In this document: positions 63,086-64,000 of the stretch, piece after piece
How the letters are laid out: each line of letters begins with the position of its first letter
How positions within the stretch are numbered: position 1 is the first letter of the stretch
DNA from: Octopus vulgaris
Taxonomy: Eukaryota
NCBI GenBank assembly: GCA_951406725.2
Contig: OX597817.1
Span: 156,984,001 to 157,048,000 of the forward strand
Reading direction: 5' to 3'
Length of the DNA: 64,000 bases
Notes under the pieces: model-generated
Databases searched by the model: none
What the model saw: the letters and a program-made list of their open reading frames with translations, nothing else
Told to the model about the DNA's origin: nothing
Translations under genes and position numbers: made by a program

Positions 63086-64000
63086 TTCAGCTTATAAATA
63101 AAGGTTTGGTGGCTGCCTTCTCTAGCTAGATGTTGCTCTAGAAAACATCCTAATAAAAATAATTCTAAGTCAAAATCTTTCTAGTTTGAGAATCTTTGGA
63201 ATATTCTTTCTATCTCAAGTGTGGCATGTTTGTACTGATAACCCCTGTACAAGTTCTATTTAGTTAATGCAGAACATCTTAAATATGTCCCTTGTGATCT
63301 GTTTTTGGAAAAGCAATCTGGCAATCATACATAGGACCTCACACACATGCTGAGCAGTTTTTGGAAGAGTTGAATATCTTTTTTGTCTGCTAAAATAACG
63401 GGTTTGTGTGAGACTACAAAGTTTTCATCCCCTTTCCTCTTTGCAAATTTCTCCTAGTCTGATCCCAGCTTTTGTTTTATCTCAGAGGATGCAAGATTTG
63501 GTGATATGGCTGCTATTTCTAGCAGGTTGATTATTTTATTATATTTGCACTTTGTTATATATATATATATACAAATCGTGGTCGGTGGCACGTAAAAAGC
63601 ACCATCCGAATCGTGGCCGAAGCCAGTGCTGCCTCGACTGGCTTCCGTGCAGGTGGCATGTAAAATGCACCAATCTGACTGTGGCCGATGCCAGCCTCAC
63701 CTGGCACCAGTGCAGGTGGCACGTAAAAAGCACCCACTACACTCACGGAGTGGTTGGCGTTAGGAAGGGCATCCAGCTGTAGAAACACTGCCAGATCAGA
63801 CTGGGCCTGGTGCAGCCTTCTGGCTTCCCAGATCCCCGGTCGAACCGTCCAACCCATGCTAGCATGGAGAACGGACGTTAAACGATGATGATGATGCACT
63901 TGTTAGTATGATCTTTGGTTTAATTGCTGCTGTCTCTACTTTAAAATCTTATTGAAATATTTTTTCCCTTTGATTTAGTCATCCTATTCGAAATAGCTGT

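Noticed and set aside
63085-63480. Possible Penelope ORF remnant (RRQPPNL on the - strand)
   Set aside because: Only one short motif amid stop codons; insufficient without a profile search.
51946-64000. Further MRTO4 exons (expected FFFGKNKVM…)
   Set aside because: None found by eye. The intron probably extends past the window, although a missed exon cannot be excluded.

Overview
Eukaryotic, AT-rich, repeat-dense genomic DNA. The SINE and MITE complement suggests an octopod cephalopod (inference). Four spliced protein-coding genes are supported: (1) a secreted collagen + C1q-domain gene on the - strand (exons 3998-3322 and 330-<1; runs off the left edge); (2) the 3' nine coding exons of glutamate-cysteine ligase catalytic subunit GCLC (+, 10567-29236), whose 5' exons were not found in the window, so the C1q gene is probably nested antisense in a GCLC intron; (3) a complete five-exon 14-3-3 (zeta-like) gene (-, 48612-43407) followed by about 7 kb of repeat-free sequence, probably a very long 3' UTR; (4) the first three exons of MRTO4 (+, 49224-51945), head-to-head with 14-3-3. 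Introns are filled with tRNA-derived SINEs, CR1 and RTE LINE 3' fragments, Helitron/Helentron elements and hAT, Mutator, Tc1/mariner and piggyBac-type MITEs. The most notable non-coding signal is a set of type-I hammerhead ribozyme motifs of the kind carried by Penelope-like elements, lying in (TA)n-flanked inserts. One is intact at 9.74 kb, one is a palindromic pair on both strands at 62.8 kb, and several copies are degenerate. All coordinates were read by eye and no database searches were run.
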